Assembly: GCA_009103225.1 (NCBI GenBank)
Contig: RHPI01002069.1
Coordinates: 707,378-771,377, forward strand
Direction of reading: 5' to 3'
DNA from: Chlorokybus atmophyticus
Taxonomy: Eukaryota; Plantae; Mesostigma and Chlorokybus algae
Length of the DNA stretch: 64,000 nucleotides
Shown here: positions 50,910-64,000 of the stretch, one piece after another
Layout of the letters: the number at the start of each line of letters is the position of its first letter
Numbering within the stretch: position 1 is the first letter of the stretch
Made by a program: the position numbers and the translations under genes
The notes under the pieces: generated by a model
Database searches by the model: none
Told to the model about the DNA's origin: nothing
What the model saw: only the letters and a program-made list of their open reading frames with translations

Positions 50910-53270
50910 ATGTCGCTACCTGCTGCTGGTTTCTACAGGAGAAAGTTGCCACAGCCGCCAGCGGTGGAGTTTGCATCTCCTGCTGGCAAGGTTAGCAGGT
51001 GACACACTTGCCACCTGGTGAGGTTTGCGCTTTGCTTGACAAATTCCAGTGCTTGCAGGAGATTTTCAAGGAGGCATTGGCTGTCGGTGGTATGGAGGGC
51101 TTCTTCCATCTGGTGGAAACTTTTCAAACTCAAGATGAGCCATCCTTCTGCGGCTTAGCATCCCTTGCAAACGTGTTGAATGCACTCGCCATAGACCCAG
51201 GACGCAAGTGGAAAGGTCGACAACGGGAAAAGTTTGTGTCCATGTCAGCCAGCTGGCTTGATGCATGCTATTTACACAGCAATGGTTGGATTAGGCCCGT
51301 GGCGTTGGTTTCACGAGCGCATGTTGGACTGCTGTGAGCCTTTGGACAAGGTTGAAAACGACGGTATTGTGCTCAGGTAAGAGTGGGAATTTGCAAGCTC
51401 CACATCGTGTAAGCCGGTGGATGCAGTCTAGCGTGTGGTGCTTGTTGGGCCCAGTGATGTGGGTACGGTGAGGGCCACGACTTATACCCAACATGGCCAC
51501 TCTTCCTCAGTAAGGTTGCGTGTCTTGGCCGGTGCAATGGAGCCATTGTCGAAGATCATCTCGCCAGTGACACGACTGAGGCAGATTTTCGCAAGCATGT
51601 GGAGGAGGCATGCTCAAGAGAAGACTTGAGCATGATCGTGGCATACTCGCGGAAAACCTTTCTGCAGGTAATTTAACGGTGGTGAAGTCATGTCCACCAG
51701 AACTGCCAAGCATTGGCGCACTGCCTTAGCCAGAACTGCGCAAGTTGAACGAGACGATTCATGGGACAAACTGAGAGCCTTTAACCTTGCTGGGGCATAG
51801 ACAGGTGATGGCCACTTCTCTCCAATAGCCGGGTATCACAAGCAGAAGGACTTGGTGCTGATACTGGATGTTGCGCGATTCAAGTATCCTCCGGTGTGTT
51901 TTGCAGCCCTCTACGGTCAACACTGCTTGGCCTTCTTGCACCTTGCTTAAAATTTACAATTTACATTGCTTGAGTTGGCAGCACTGGGTACCACTCAGCA
52001 TGCTATGGGAGTCCATGTTGCGAATAGACCCTACCAGCGAAAAGACACGAGGGTGCGGCTGCACTCGATTGACAAGATGCACACTGCGTGGTCTGTACAG
52101 CACGTGCCACTGAAACTCGGCATGTGTGAGGCAGGTATATGCTTCTGCGGTCATCACAGAATTTGAAGCGCCCAGTGCTGTTCACATTGGTATGTCAGGA
52201 TGCTGTTGCTGCACGAGCCAGTTGTCAAGTACAACTTTGTGCTGTACTTGAACAACATGTGCTGGCAGGTGTGCTGGGACCCAAACTGGAAGCGCATCAT
52301 TCAGTACTTGTCCGTTGACTTGCCTTGCACACTGGCCAGTGAGAGCTTTTCAAGTGTCAATGACATTGTGAAGGTAGCAGCGCAGTCCCTCCCAGCGCAG
52401 GCATCCGCAATTGTAACCACATATTCCGCAATGCAACCAAGTGAGGAGGACCCCACTGCCATGCAGCTAGAGCACACTGCTGCCAAGGTACAGAATGAGT
52501 ACATATTCTGCAGCGCACTGCACAACACCAGCTTTACAAATCTGTCACTCAGCCAAACTGAGATTGCAAAGCATTGTATGCTGCCACTTGTTGACGCATA
52601 TGTCACCCTTCTCAACAGGGTTCTTTCTGATGTTAGCTGATGTGGCTATGATTCAGGCTGCTGTGCGTCAGCAGCTTCACCTTACACGACCGTACACCCT
52701 TGTCCGACGTGCGCTGCGTCAGTCTCCCCCGCATTCTTGCTGCGAAAACAATGGAGTGCCTGTGGACACTCCAGTTGATGAAACCGCCAGCTCAGAGGGC
52801 ACAAACGCGGAACTGCTCACGATGTTGCTGCTGGCCTGCCCGCCGGAAACTTGGCAGCAACTGCCCAATGAGGAGCTGCGAGCGGACATGCTGCATCTGA
52901 TGGACCCTCAAACCTTGCCGGCTGGAGTACAAAACGAGGTGAAGTTTCATGCATTCCGGAGCAGTCTATGTCAATAACGAGCTGTGAATGCCCTCTGTCA
53001 CCAACCAAGCAACAGTTCATGCAACATACCTACTATTGCATGCGCAGTAAGTATAATATTAGTGCTCGTGTCATCAGGTGTTCGGATGTGCACAGACAAC
53101 TCTCAGTCAGTGGCTGCCAGTTGTGCGAGTGCCATCCCCACTGATGACGTTGCCGTTGAAATTGGCAGGCGGAGCACTTGCGCCAGCAACTACGGGACTT
53201 GAGCGGCTGTGAGGGCAATGCTGCAACTTGCTCGCAGTGCAGTACGCTTGCAGCGCCTGCGTTGACATGA
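50910..53270 (+). CDS. PCS1: Phytochelatin synthase (gamma-glutamylcysteine dipeptidyl transpeptidase) with C-terminal domain
   Basis: [22 protein letters not shown] (catalytic Cys), [17 protein letters not shown]...[12 protein letters not shown] (His, Asp) and a Cys-containing tail. The last exon is inferred. Confidence 0.93.
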
Positions 53271-55531
53271 TGTTAACAGGTGCCTTTATGTAGTGATGCA
53301 TGTCAGTGTTGCACGCACACCAAGAGTAGCCAGTGTGAGGTATGGGTGAGCGCAAGCAGTCAAGTCAGTCAACAAGGGGCTGGCCTCGAGCGCAGAGGTG
53401 TCCAACACCAACCTGGCTGGGCAGCGCAGCATTGCTCATGCTCCCCTAAGCGTAAGCAATGCTATTGATCTACTCTCTTTTGTACACTCCCACACACTCC
53501 CACCGGCTGCCAACCATGCACAGTCGGTGGTAGATTATGTAAGATGTGGTGTTGTATGCGCTTGTGGTGAATGACTCACCATGCATTGTGATGCATGACA
53601 TCTCATGCATGCAGCACATGCAGTGTATGATCTTTGTACTCACATTGTCACACGCGCCACTGGGTGCCACTCACACCTCCTTGCACTCTCACACCCACGT
53701 CGCCATGCTGCCACGACCATGCCCTCCATCGCGAGCGCTGCGTCTGCAACTCTCATGGTGGTACCGGTGCCTAGCCGCCAACGCCTGCGCCTGCTGCAGC
53801 ACAGTGGCCACGCGCTGTTGGCAGACCCGCAGGCAGCTGTCAAAGCGCCGCTGCTCCACCGCGTCCCGTAACCATGCGCCTCACATAATGAGGCATGTAG
53901 TGCATGCCGCTATTGCGCTTTGGACTTCTGCACACAGCTGCGACAATGGCGGAACTCTTCTCCCGACCAGCCATGCGTCTCTGCTGCTAGCGCATATGTC
54001 TGAAATAGTGCTTTAGAACTTTGCGTGCAATGTGTTGCCCCGCGGGTTGTCGCTGTACTTCCGGTCCTTTACCAGCTCCGCAGCCCGCACCACCACCTGC
54101 TTCGACACAATGAACAGCCAACACGTTGAACAGCAACGTCATGTTGGCTGTTACCTTTATGGCCACCAAGTCTGGTCCATGCGTGGGATGCATGTGATGC
54201 GTGTGTGAAATGCATGGTAGCTGCGCTGAGAGTTCAACGCTTGCATGTCATTGTAATAGAGGGTTTGTGGTCTGGTCGGCTACATGTCTCTTTTAGGCGC
54301 AACGGCAACCCCGATTGTTCCAACCAACAGTAAACTGGGCCTCGCGCATGATGCCACACATCTTGTCCCGCACAGCGTCATACTTGGCGACAGGCGCACG
54401 CCTGTTACGCATCACATCAAATGCGCGCCATCACAACAGCGGGTGCCAATCGGGGTAGTTAATCGTATCACAAATGCCTACTCTACTTTGCGCATAAGTG
54501 CAAGCATGAGCAGCACTTCACAGCTATCTTGCTTTGATTTTGCAAAGTTATTACCGATTTTGTGCAAAAATACCCCCAACCCCAACCCCCCGCGCTAAAA
54601 ATCAATGACGGGTGTTGTATAAGGGCTGCATTTTGTGTACAAACGGACGGCGAGGGAATTCTGCAAAACAAAGGTTACCCACCCCNNNNNNNNNNNNNNN
54701 NNNNNNNNNNNNNNNNNNNNNNNNNNNNNNNNNNNNNNNNNNNNNNNNNNNNNNNNNNNNNNNNNNNNNNNNNNNNNNNNNNNNNNNNNNNNNNNNNNNN
54801 NNNNNNNNNNNNNNNNNNNNNNNNNNNNNNNNNNNNNNNNNNNNNNNNNNNNNNNNNNNNNNNNNNNNNNNNNNNNNNNNNNNNNNNNNNNNNNNNNNNN
54901 NNNCCCCCCCCCCCCCCCCCCCCCTCGCGTGCGTATTAGTGCGGGGTGTCATAATGGAGAGAGGTTCCATTCCGCACAAATATGATATGTTAATACATAA
55001 ACACGCATTCAACATATGTTTTTATGTCCTCATAAAGTTGGTAACACTAACGTTACAATCGTATTAAAACCAGGATTACAATTACAATGTGAGGCCCTCG
55101 GGGTCAATAATTAATCGGTTTACATTTCATGAATCACTTCACAAAATGCAACATCTCAACTGTTCTGGATTTGTTGCTCAATCATCATACGTTCACCATC
55201 GCAAAAAATCTTGCTATGCACATTGAACTTGTGCCGATGTGCAGAGGCGTTGTTATCGATAGCTACCGTACATACACATGGATAGTCTATACACACGATT
55301 AGAGTATTGCGCACACTTGCTTCGTGAACAATTAATTGCGATTCAATATGGTATTATTCAATGATTATTAAAATGAGTAAAATTCACAAACATTTAGCTA
55401 CAGCGTCCTCGCATGTCTGTTACATGCTACAAGCTAAAAAATGCAAAGGCAACGCAATAACATTATTATAACCTAATAATATATCGAGCGTACAAACATG
55501 GTATCACCAGTTGCCAGCGTCGTCAGCAGCT

Positions 55532-55604
55532 GGGGATGTAGCTCAGATGGTAGAGCGCTCGCTTAGCATGCGAGAGGTACGGGGATCGATACCCCGCATC
55601 TCCA
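55532..55604 (+). tRNA. trnA-AGC: tRNA-Ala (anticodon AGC), 73 nt, intronless
   Basis: GGGGATGTAGCTCAGATGGTAGAGCGCTCGCTTAGCATGCGAGAGGTACGGGGATCGATACCCCGCATCTCCA folds as a full cloverleaf with A and B boxes. A TTTT run lies ~30 nt downstream. Confidence 0.97.
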
Positions 55605-55612
55605 CGCCTCCG

Positions 55613-55860
55613 TTGAATGCAATTGGAGAATTATCTTTTGTTATGTCTTTGAACTTGAGAACTCCGTTCTCACATCCTATTGACAGCTTACCATGGTACA
55701 TAGCACAATACATGTATACCTTGGTAATGTGGCTACTTGAATGCAATTGGAGAATCATCTTTTGTTATGTCTTTGAACTTGAGAACTCCGTTCTCACATC
55801 CTATTGACAGCTTACCAGGGTACATAGCACAATACATGTATACCTTGGTAATGTGGCTAC
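55613..55860. repeat. Tandem duplication, 2 x 124 bp, immediately 3' of tRNA-Ala
   Basis: Units 55613-55736 and 55737-55860 differ at only about two positions. Confidence 0.95.
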
Positions 55861-58541
55861 ATGTAAGGGGAGACCTTGTTATGCACACGAGTATCTTTTA
55901 TTTGCATACAGCCACAACAGATCACGACCACTCAATAAGTTAAAATAACCAATTGTAGAAGCGTTTGATCTACTCACATATCCGTGCACGACTTGTCGGG
56001 CTCTCATAATGCTACTCAAGACTGCGGTACAGACAAACCATACTTGTTTCGCATCAGACGCACAATACTTATATAGAGTTGTTATACTGTGGCTTTTAAT
56101 CATGAAAACATGAAAATAACAGATACACGTACGTAAGAATACACATAAATATCAAGGCACATTTGTATTAGCAATCAGCCACAACGTGCATGAATAATTG
56201 ATACATTGGTAGTGTATATAGCATAGACTACGATAAAACCATATGGTAGGATGCAAACCCATTTGTGTCTTGATGAACATGTCTGGTGTTGCAAGTATAT
56301 GAAGTGCATTAATCAAAATGCTCATCAACCCTATTTGGGTAACATAATGATTACAAGATGCACCAATCCGTTTTTTAAACCAGTTTCTTATTCTCATATG
56401 AATTTTCATTTGCTTTGGGCACATGTACTGTACAACTTATCTTGATAAAGGTCATACTGGATTGCGCAAAATCTGTTTATGTATACCGCACGACACAATG
56501 AACATAAGCAAATGATTTTTATGTTTAATCTCTTATGACAAGCAGCGCTGCCATGAATTGCTTTTACCATTAAGTTGCGGTAAGTTGAATCAAATCTTTT
56601 ACCTTCCATGCATAGCATCCTTTGCTTGCACTGCAGGTTAAAGCAACTACTCACACACGTACCCCACTACTCTTACCGAGCACGGACTTGCATTGGCATT
56701 CACATATAGTACTATCGATAGGCTAGATGCTAGTCTACCCTCCATAATCACTCCTGTTCGTATGACACCGCTGGTACTTGTAAATTGTTATATACCCGTT
56801 TATATAAGGCAAATTTGGCTTGTTGTAATAATTCGCACACTCCACATGAAGGCAATTGTTGCTAATGAAGACTACATGAGGGCAGCAAGTGTATCATCTG
56901 GTGAGTAAAGTTCGAGTACCTCGCGCTGCAATGATTGATTGTTATTATTTATAACATCACTTATAATAATAAAAACACTCTTGATGTAGTGATGGATCAT
57001 GATGACATAGAGATGTCTGACTCTCACAGTATGGATGATTCGGTATGTTGTTTGAAGTATATCAACACTTCATCATTCAAATGCAGGTCCGAGTCTGCAA
57101 CAACGAAGGAGGACGTCGCATTGGGTGGCATGCTGTGAGATGGCGGGCGCCGCTTGTATTGTAGCATGTACATGCATTGTTATTGAAGTTATCATCTGTT
57201 CTGTGTTGACCTAACGTGTCGCGTGCTGTACTCCTTGCTCGTGACTAACGTTGACTTTTCACGATTGCCTCACTATTGCCATAAGGTTTGGATTAGCGCG
57301 CCATCAAACCCTAACCATCGCCGTAAAAACACGATGAAGCTGGAAGCGTGGGGCGGGCGGCATATAGCTTGAGCGGCAGAGCACGCAGCTCATCACTGCA
57401 CATTATCGCACTTGTTTTGCCGTTTGTTTCTTCCTTCCTGCGCGCCACTACCGCTTCTTACCTTCGCCTACTGCCTGTGCTGCACGTGTTGGTTAAGTTG
57501 TGGATTGGCTGATGTTGCCTCCTGCGGCTCGACACTTGCATTGCACATAAGACACTTAGTGTGGTGTAGGATAGGTGGTGAAGGCCCCGGGTGTAACAAT
57601 TGTGTTAGTGTTGGTCGTTTATTCTTGTGTGTTGACTATTTGCCCATGAGCATGTTGGTGGGATGACTACCATGCATACCCTATGCAATGCGAGGTGCAA
57701 TGTACACACAATGCGCTACGTCATTGCTCATGCATGGTGTCATTCTTCACACGCATGCATCGGAACAGCACGCAGTTCACTCACCCTCGCATATATTCAC
57801 CCACCACCGGGTTATACTACTACACTATGTACATTACTACCTACACCACCACCTGTGTTTGTTGTGGTGTGGATAGGCATGGTAGGTTATGACAATCGAA
57901 CATTGGCAAGCCATAGAGAGAGAGTTCACAACCTCACAGCCCTTCCTACCCACCACTACCAAGCGTGCATGCGTGTGCATGCATTGTGTGCAACTTTATG
58001 CTAAGCATTGCATGAATGTGCATGATGTGCCGATTGAGTTGTACCCTATGCATTGTGTGCAGCAGTTGGCAGAGGTAGAGCGATGTAGAGGGGAACAACC
58101 TGCAGGAGTATGGGGGCGAGGCAGTCTTGCTCTGGTCAGGCGTCTTGGAGTGTTGTGCAATTGCGTGCATTCATTGATTAACGAATTGTTATATATGCAA
58201 ACCTTGTGTATTGATCGATTGTGTTGCCTTTGCGTTTTCTGCCTTCTGCCTGCTGTCGATGCATGCCTGCACATGTTTGGGAGTTCGAGTTTGTGTGCGT
58301 GCTGTGCGGGTGTGAGAGTAAAACCATTGAAGTACCTGTGCACTGAGTACCGCATAAGCAACCTATGTGTGTTGCTGCAGTGCCAACAACAAACCGATAA
58401 AGCAGTAACAGCAGCACATGTATGCTGCTGTTACTGGTCAATCAAATACACAAGGTTAACATGACTTCGCATGCAGTACACGGTGCTATGCTGCAGGTCT
58501 GGAGCATATCCAACTACAAGCCTACAAGGCTGGTGCGCGAC

Positions 58542-61500
58542 CTAGTGAGTGTACAAGACATCTTCCCACGGGTGGCGGTACAGGGGCTGCTTTAAGCGCA
58601 TTTGGTCATAACTATGCCTGCAGGTGCAAAAGCATTTGTAAGCATAATGCACTCAGCACGCACAGACATGCGTGAAGCCACAGTACCATGACACACTACC
58701 CACCCGATGAGTCCGATGCTGCGGGCAAGCACGAAGAGACCATTCAGGTACCCGATCTTGACCACATCATCAATCTCCTGCTGAGTGAACATGCCGCAGC
58801 TGCTGAGCAAGTCGAGGAACAGAGACCCGATCGCGCCATCGACATTTAGCACCAGGTTTGCTGCCTTGGTGAGGGTGTATGATTCAACCGTGACGGCGTA
58901 CTCCATGTATTTGCATGCCGGGAAATGCGTCCGGCCATACTTTTGCAAGAGCTCAACGCGCTTGTCACGGTTGTCACGGCTCTTGATCCTGCAGACCAGA
59001 AGCCATGCTGATTTTAGTGATACACAACAATCCTTGCCACGGCTTGCAACACATCAGCTTGTGCTGCTACGGTCAATGGCAGCAGGAGTGTGATGCATTG
59101 CACGCACCTGTGGCCAATGCCAGGGACACGAATGCCCTTCTTCTTCATGTTCTCCACAAAGGCAGCCGGCTCCAAGTTCTGTGCGACAGTTGCAGCTTGG
59201 GATGCATGCACTCGCCTCAACCAAGTGCAATTTGCTGGAACCAAGCTGGTACCTGATCACGTGCTTCTTTAAAGTAGCGTGCAGCATCATCGATGGCACC
59301 ACCGAAGCGGGGGCCAATGGTCAGCAGACCTGTGAAGCACCATATCAAGTCCCATGATGATGCAAATCGAGCGGTTCTCACAAGCAGAGAGTTGTCTTAC
59401 CTGATGCTAGGCACGATACAATGTCTTTGCCCGCGCGGGCCGTGACAATTGAATTGTGTGCACCAGATACGCAAGGCCCGTGATCAGCGCAGAGCATCAA
59501 GCAGAGCTGCGTTGAATACGTCATGAGTCAGGTCAATGTTGCTATGGTAACAACCGACTGAGAGCATTGACCCTCAGCAAATCTCTTTACCTCCATGAAG
59601 CGGGTGCAGTACCGAGGCAGCTGCCTCTTAAACCACAGCAGTGACACGACATCACCGACACTGAACTCCTCGCCGATGATCTTCGTCATCGGCACTCCAG
59701 CGTAAGTTGGCTCCTCACCTGTTCAGTTTGACTCGCACTCAGCAATGAGGCATTATGAACAGTATGCTTGGAATGGCAGCTGGCAGATGCCTACCTCTAT
59801 CATCGCAGATGGTTGAGACAATATGTGTTGACACGCGCACTTTGCCCTTCTTGAGAGCGTCTTTGAGATCTTCAGGCACAGTTGGCGGTTCAACATCCTT
59901 CACTGGCACAATGACTCCCTCCTTGACCTGCAATGCACACGAGCCACAAGCTGTCACCCAACAGCTCCCAGGAGAGACGGAAGAGACGTGAAGTCACACA
60001 TGCAAGGGCCTTGCACTCTGACCACTCTGACCACGCGTTCAAAGCATTGGAAACAATCAAGGCATACCAATCGCTGATAAGTGGAAGCTACTGCGTCCTC
60101 CAGCCCTTCAAACGACTCTGGCACAATCGCACCAGCTGCCTTAAGTGCGGCATTCTTGGCTTGAGCAGACTCCATATCGCCTCCACTCTTAGCACCCTGG
60201 TTTGCGCAAGTCAGTGTAAGCCCGCGCCCACTTGCGCATATGAACTTACCACTTGCTGCCAGCGTTCCGGAACAGTTGCACAAACAACACCAACATGCCA
60301 CGCTGCAAATCACGACAGGCACACTCACAGCGTGCCCGAACTGCACTTCAGATTTGAAGAGTTTGGCGCACGTGCCGCTAACCCACGCGACCACAGGCTT
60401 TGTGACCTCCTTGTTCTTCAATGCCTCAACCAGCGAGTACTCATCCTGCCCACCAAGCTCGCCAAGAACAACAATCATCTTGATCTGCACACCATTAAAT
60501 ACGTGTTTCTGGTCATGCCAAGCATGATAGAGAGTTGCTCTGCACGATGAACGCTAGCACTGCCCATCCAAGTTGTGAGATGATTGGCGTTTTATGGAAC
60601 TAGCAACTGTGAAGCAGCAGGTGCACACTGACTGCTTACACAACAGCTGATGCTGCCGCAAACACAAAAAGATAACCAGGGCTCTATGGCAAGGCGCATG
60701 CAACATCGCACGCATTGGTGAGTGGGATAGTAGTCTCTCCATTGCACGAGAAATTGGCATGGATGGGTAACAGAGTGCGCACAGGAAACTAGATTCTGAA
60801 GCCAGGTGCATACCTCAGGGATTCTGCTGAACCTCAGAGCATGATCAGCAAGCGTTGACCCAGGGTAACCATCGCCGCCAATAGCAATACCTGGGAACAA
60901 ACAGAGAGTGTTAACTGCATCACACGTATGCATGATCAACTCAACCCACAAAGCCGCACACAGCTGCTTCACCTTCATAAAGCCCATCAGTTGTTCTTGA
61001 CAACACGTTGTACATCTCATTGGACATGCCACCCTGCAAGGAAAGCGATGTGATGGTGTTGGCAACACAGCAAGGTGCTGCGCAAAGGGTAAAACTTGCT
61101 GAATCTCGCAACTCACTGATTTCGACACGAAGCCGATAGAGCCAGGTCTGTGAAGCTTTGATGCAAGTATATTTTGGATAGTGCCTCCTGTGTCCCCAAT
61201 CTTGAACGCTCCAGCTTGGATGCCGCCCACCGTCGCAGGTCCAATCAAGATCTGTATCACAAGTCAGTGTGCAGCTTACGTTTTGCAGCAATCTTTCAAA
61301 AAGTAGCCACTGTCAAACCTTGTTATTGGCGCGCGCGTATGCAACGAGCTTCTTGGTGTCAGACTCCGGCACGCCCTCCGCGATAATTGCGACCACTTTG
61401 ATGGTTGGTTGCTTCAGTGCTTCCATGCTTGACTCAAAGGCGCTGTCAAGCATTCCATAGCACGTTGAGATTAAGTATACACATGCAGACAGCATGGCAG

Positions 61501-62533
61501 AAAACGAACATGTGAACTGCACAAGCATGGAAGTTGCCAACGAATCTGGGTGTCACTTACCTCCGGAAGGATGCAAAGTTGATGAAGATATCTGCGGTTG
61601 GATGCCCTTTGACAGCTGCACCAATGCTGCCACGTGAACAAACACTCGGCCATCAGTACCCACTACAGCACCCACTTAGCAAGGACTACCAACACTGCTT
61701 GTTGTTGTACTTGCTTGTTTCAACTTGTGCATAGTACAGGTGCTTGCAAGCTGGTTACGCCCAAAGTACCCATAAAACTTTGTGAAAGCTCGCACCCCGC
61801 TGTTCCCCTAAACACTCTTACTATACTCCACTGTTTGCCAGCCCAACATCTAGTAGTAGTATGTGTGCATGGTACGATACATGCGTACGCTACAGCATTG
61901 CATTGCTTTTGCTCCCAGGCTAGGTTGCTTGCCTTTTGTACATGGGTATCGCAATCTCCTCCTGTCCAAAGAACATCTTCTGGAACCCATCAGATCCAGG
62001 CTGGATAACAGCAGCTACGGACGGCGTTTCTCGATCTGTACACGCAACATTTGTGACTGTGAACTATGTAAACTATTCTTCGAGATCAACATTACCCCTG
62101 TTCGTAAGGCGCATTAAGCAAAACTCATCCAGGTGACGTGCATTGGCTGAATACAATTGCGCTCAAGCCCAACCAGTGTTACTGATTTGCAAAGGCTTGT
62201 CGATCTTGCAACCTCACTACACCAATGCAGCTAAATCAACTTCAGCAAACGTGCGCAGAACAGCACCACCAACAGCCGACTTGCACTCTGACTAATATTG
62301 ACTGTACGATAAGAGTTTCACCATTTCCTGCACGAAGCATGCTACCTGCGCATTGGGAGTGACATGCACACTAATAGTTGACGCGCTGGTGGTGCAACAT
62401 GCACAATAAGCAAGGCGCACTTACGGCAGCAGTAGTCGAAGTCGAGCATGCGCTGGACGGGGTTAGCCTTAAAGTTGTAGAAGAGCGCCTGCGAAGTGCG
62501 CGAGAAGATCTGGCCTGTCGCCAGCTCCGCCAT
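58542..62533 (-). CDS. ACLB: ATP-citrate lyase beta chain (plant ACLB)
   Basis: [20 protein letters not shown]...PVQRMLDFD / FINFASFR / [11 protein letters not shown] / [17 protein letters not shown] / VQFGHA-GAK (phospho-His) / [12 protein letters not shown] / LNVDGAIG / [13 protein letters not shown]. Confidence 0.97.
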
Positions 62534-63863
62534 GCTGGGTTGCACAAAGAAAGACAACAGACACCAAACCCTAATGTCAGCACAGACCACACAGTCGCCA
62601 TCACAAGCTCATCATCAACAGCTGCAGCAGCCGCATGCAACCAACAACACGCAATGCCAGACTGTACTCAAAGCTCCAGCGCCCCGGACCTGCTAGCGGG
62701 CGGAGAGGCAACAAGCGGGAGGCTACGCTGCGCACCCAGGTTGCCGCCTGGCTCTCTGCCGCCCTATTCCGCCACCGCCACCGCCACCGACGACACCACC
62801 GACGACGCTAGTCGCACAATGCACGTCAAGTGCTTTGCCTGTTTGTTTGACGTGTTGTCTTTTTCTTGGTCTGCCCGCCAGTTGGCTTTGGGTTAATTGA
62901 CTAAGTTACAAAGTGATTCACCCTCAGCAAACAATGAATCACTCGTGAAGCAGCGTTTGGCTGCGTAACGTCAGGGAGAGAAAACAGCGGCTGCAGTTAC
63001 GTAAAGCCGCCACGCGAATGTAAGAGAGACTAAGTAGTCTTTCACACACACTCAGAAAAAATAACACAGCTGTGTAACAAGGCGTGCGCAAGTATGTTCT
63101 GCCCTGCGCGCGGGGCAGGCACACACTATTCAACACAAAATACGAGTATGTATGTACGTGTGTATGAAGAGGAGTTCAAGAGCACATGAGCCCCCCCTGT
63201 CACCAACCAAGCAACAGTNNNNNNNNNNNNNNNNNNNNNNNNNNNNNNNNNNNNNNNNNNNNNNNNNNNNNNNNNNNNNNNNNNNNNNNNNNNNNNNNNN
63301 NNNNNNNNNNNNNNNNNNNNNNNNNNNNNNNNNNNNNNNNNNNNNNNNNNNNNNNNNNNNNNNNNNNNNNNNNNNNNNNNNNNNNNNNNNNNNNNNNNNN
63401 NNNNNNNNNNNNNNNNNNNNNNNNCGCCCCCCGCTTTGTCACGCCGGGTCTCAGCTGGCGCTCCAGTAGCGCACGGCGTTCTGATATACATTCTCAGGGA
63501 GAGTGAGAGAGAGAGCCTCAGGACCATGTAGTCGTGCTGCCTCTGGTGGGGTCAGGTCAGAGTCAACTAAAGCACGACTGCGATGATGTTGACCTTCCAG
63601 CGCTGCCGTGCATGCATCCTCGTTGTGCACCGTCACCACCAGGTCCACTGTCCCCAATCATGTGAGAAACAGCTTCGTGGCTCGCTGCTGTGCCAAAGCC
63701 AAGCAAGGCAAGCATTACATCAACTGCATGATGCATGCTGATGCTACAGTATGCGGCTATAACTCCTTGCATGCGTGCATGGTGCTTGTCATTGCTAGCT
63801 GCCAAAGTGCTGCGCAGGGGGGGTTCGCTTGGTGCAATGCCGTCATACAACAGCAGATTAGTT

Positions 63864-63913
<50 letters not shown>

Positions 63914-64000
63914 GTCACCGACGCCAGAGCACACGTCTGCCACTGCATGACTGCCCGCACACGCTGACTCTTCGACGAACCTCTCCATTTGCTTTCCTTT

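Noticed and set aside
54430-54445. In-frame TGA read as selenocysteine
   Set aside because: There is no redox motif context and no SECIS-like element was seen. Decay of a TE-like ORF is simpler.
55497-55508. ACA-TGGTATCA resembling an LTR end plus tRNA-iMet primer binding site
   Set aside because: Only 8 nt match TGGTATCAGAGC, and no gag/pol or paired LTR is visible.

Overview
Eukaryotic nuclear DNA from a compact, intron-rich green-lineage genome. Introns are short GT-AG, AAACCCTA telo-boxes sit at promoters, and several genes are plant-type. An early-diverging streptophyte alga is the likeliest source, but that is inference. Recognisable genes, left to right: ERV1 (5'-partial, with two tandem C/D snoRNA copies upstream), an intron-containing pogo/Tigger transposase with one TIR, a PEC/CASTOR-POLLUX-like plastid ion channel, plastid RPE, the PRP2/DHX16 splicing helicase, mitochondrial L27, MnmE GTPase, PAF1, starch synthase I, a bacterial-type secreted six-hairpin glycosidase-like gene, a cPK4/5-type pyruvate kinase, phytochelatin synthase, tRNA-Ala(AGC) and ATP-citrate lyase B. 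There is a ~565 bp (CT)n tract and five N gaps. The most interesting observations are: (1) a probable horizontally acquired, intron-laden glycosidase-like gene with apparent frameshifts; (2) a pyruvate kinase with an in-frame ~210 aa N-terminal anchor-like and acidic extension plus a degenerate RGDLG motif; (3) a duplicated snoRNA with two guides that could pair with adjacent 18S segments; (4) a truncated spliced pogo element abutting the channel promoter. CDS coordinates are whole-gene spans including introns, and exon boundaries were inferred by eye. All family assignments come from remembered motifs, not database searches.
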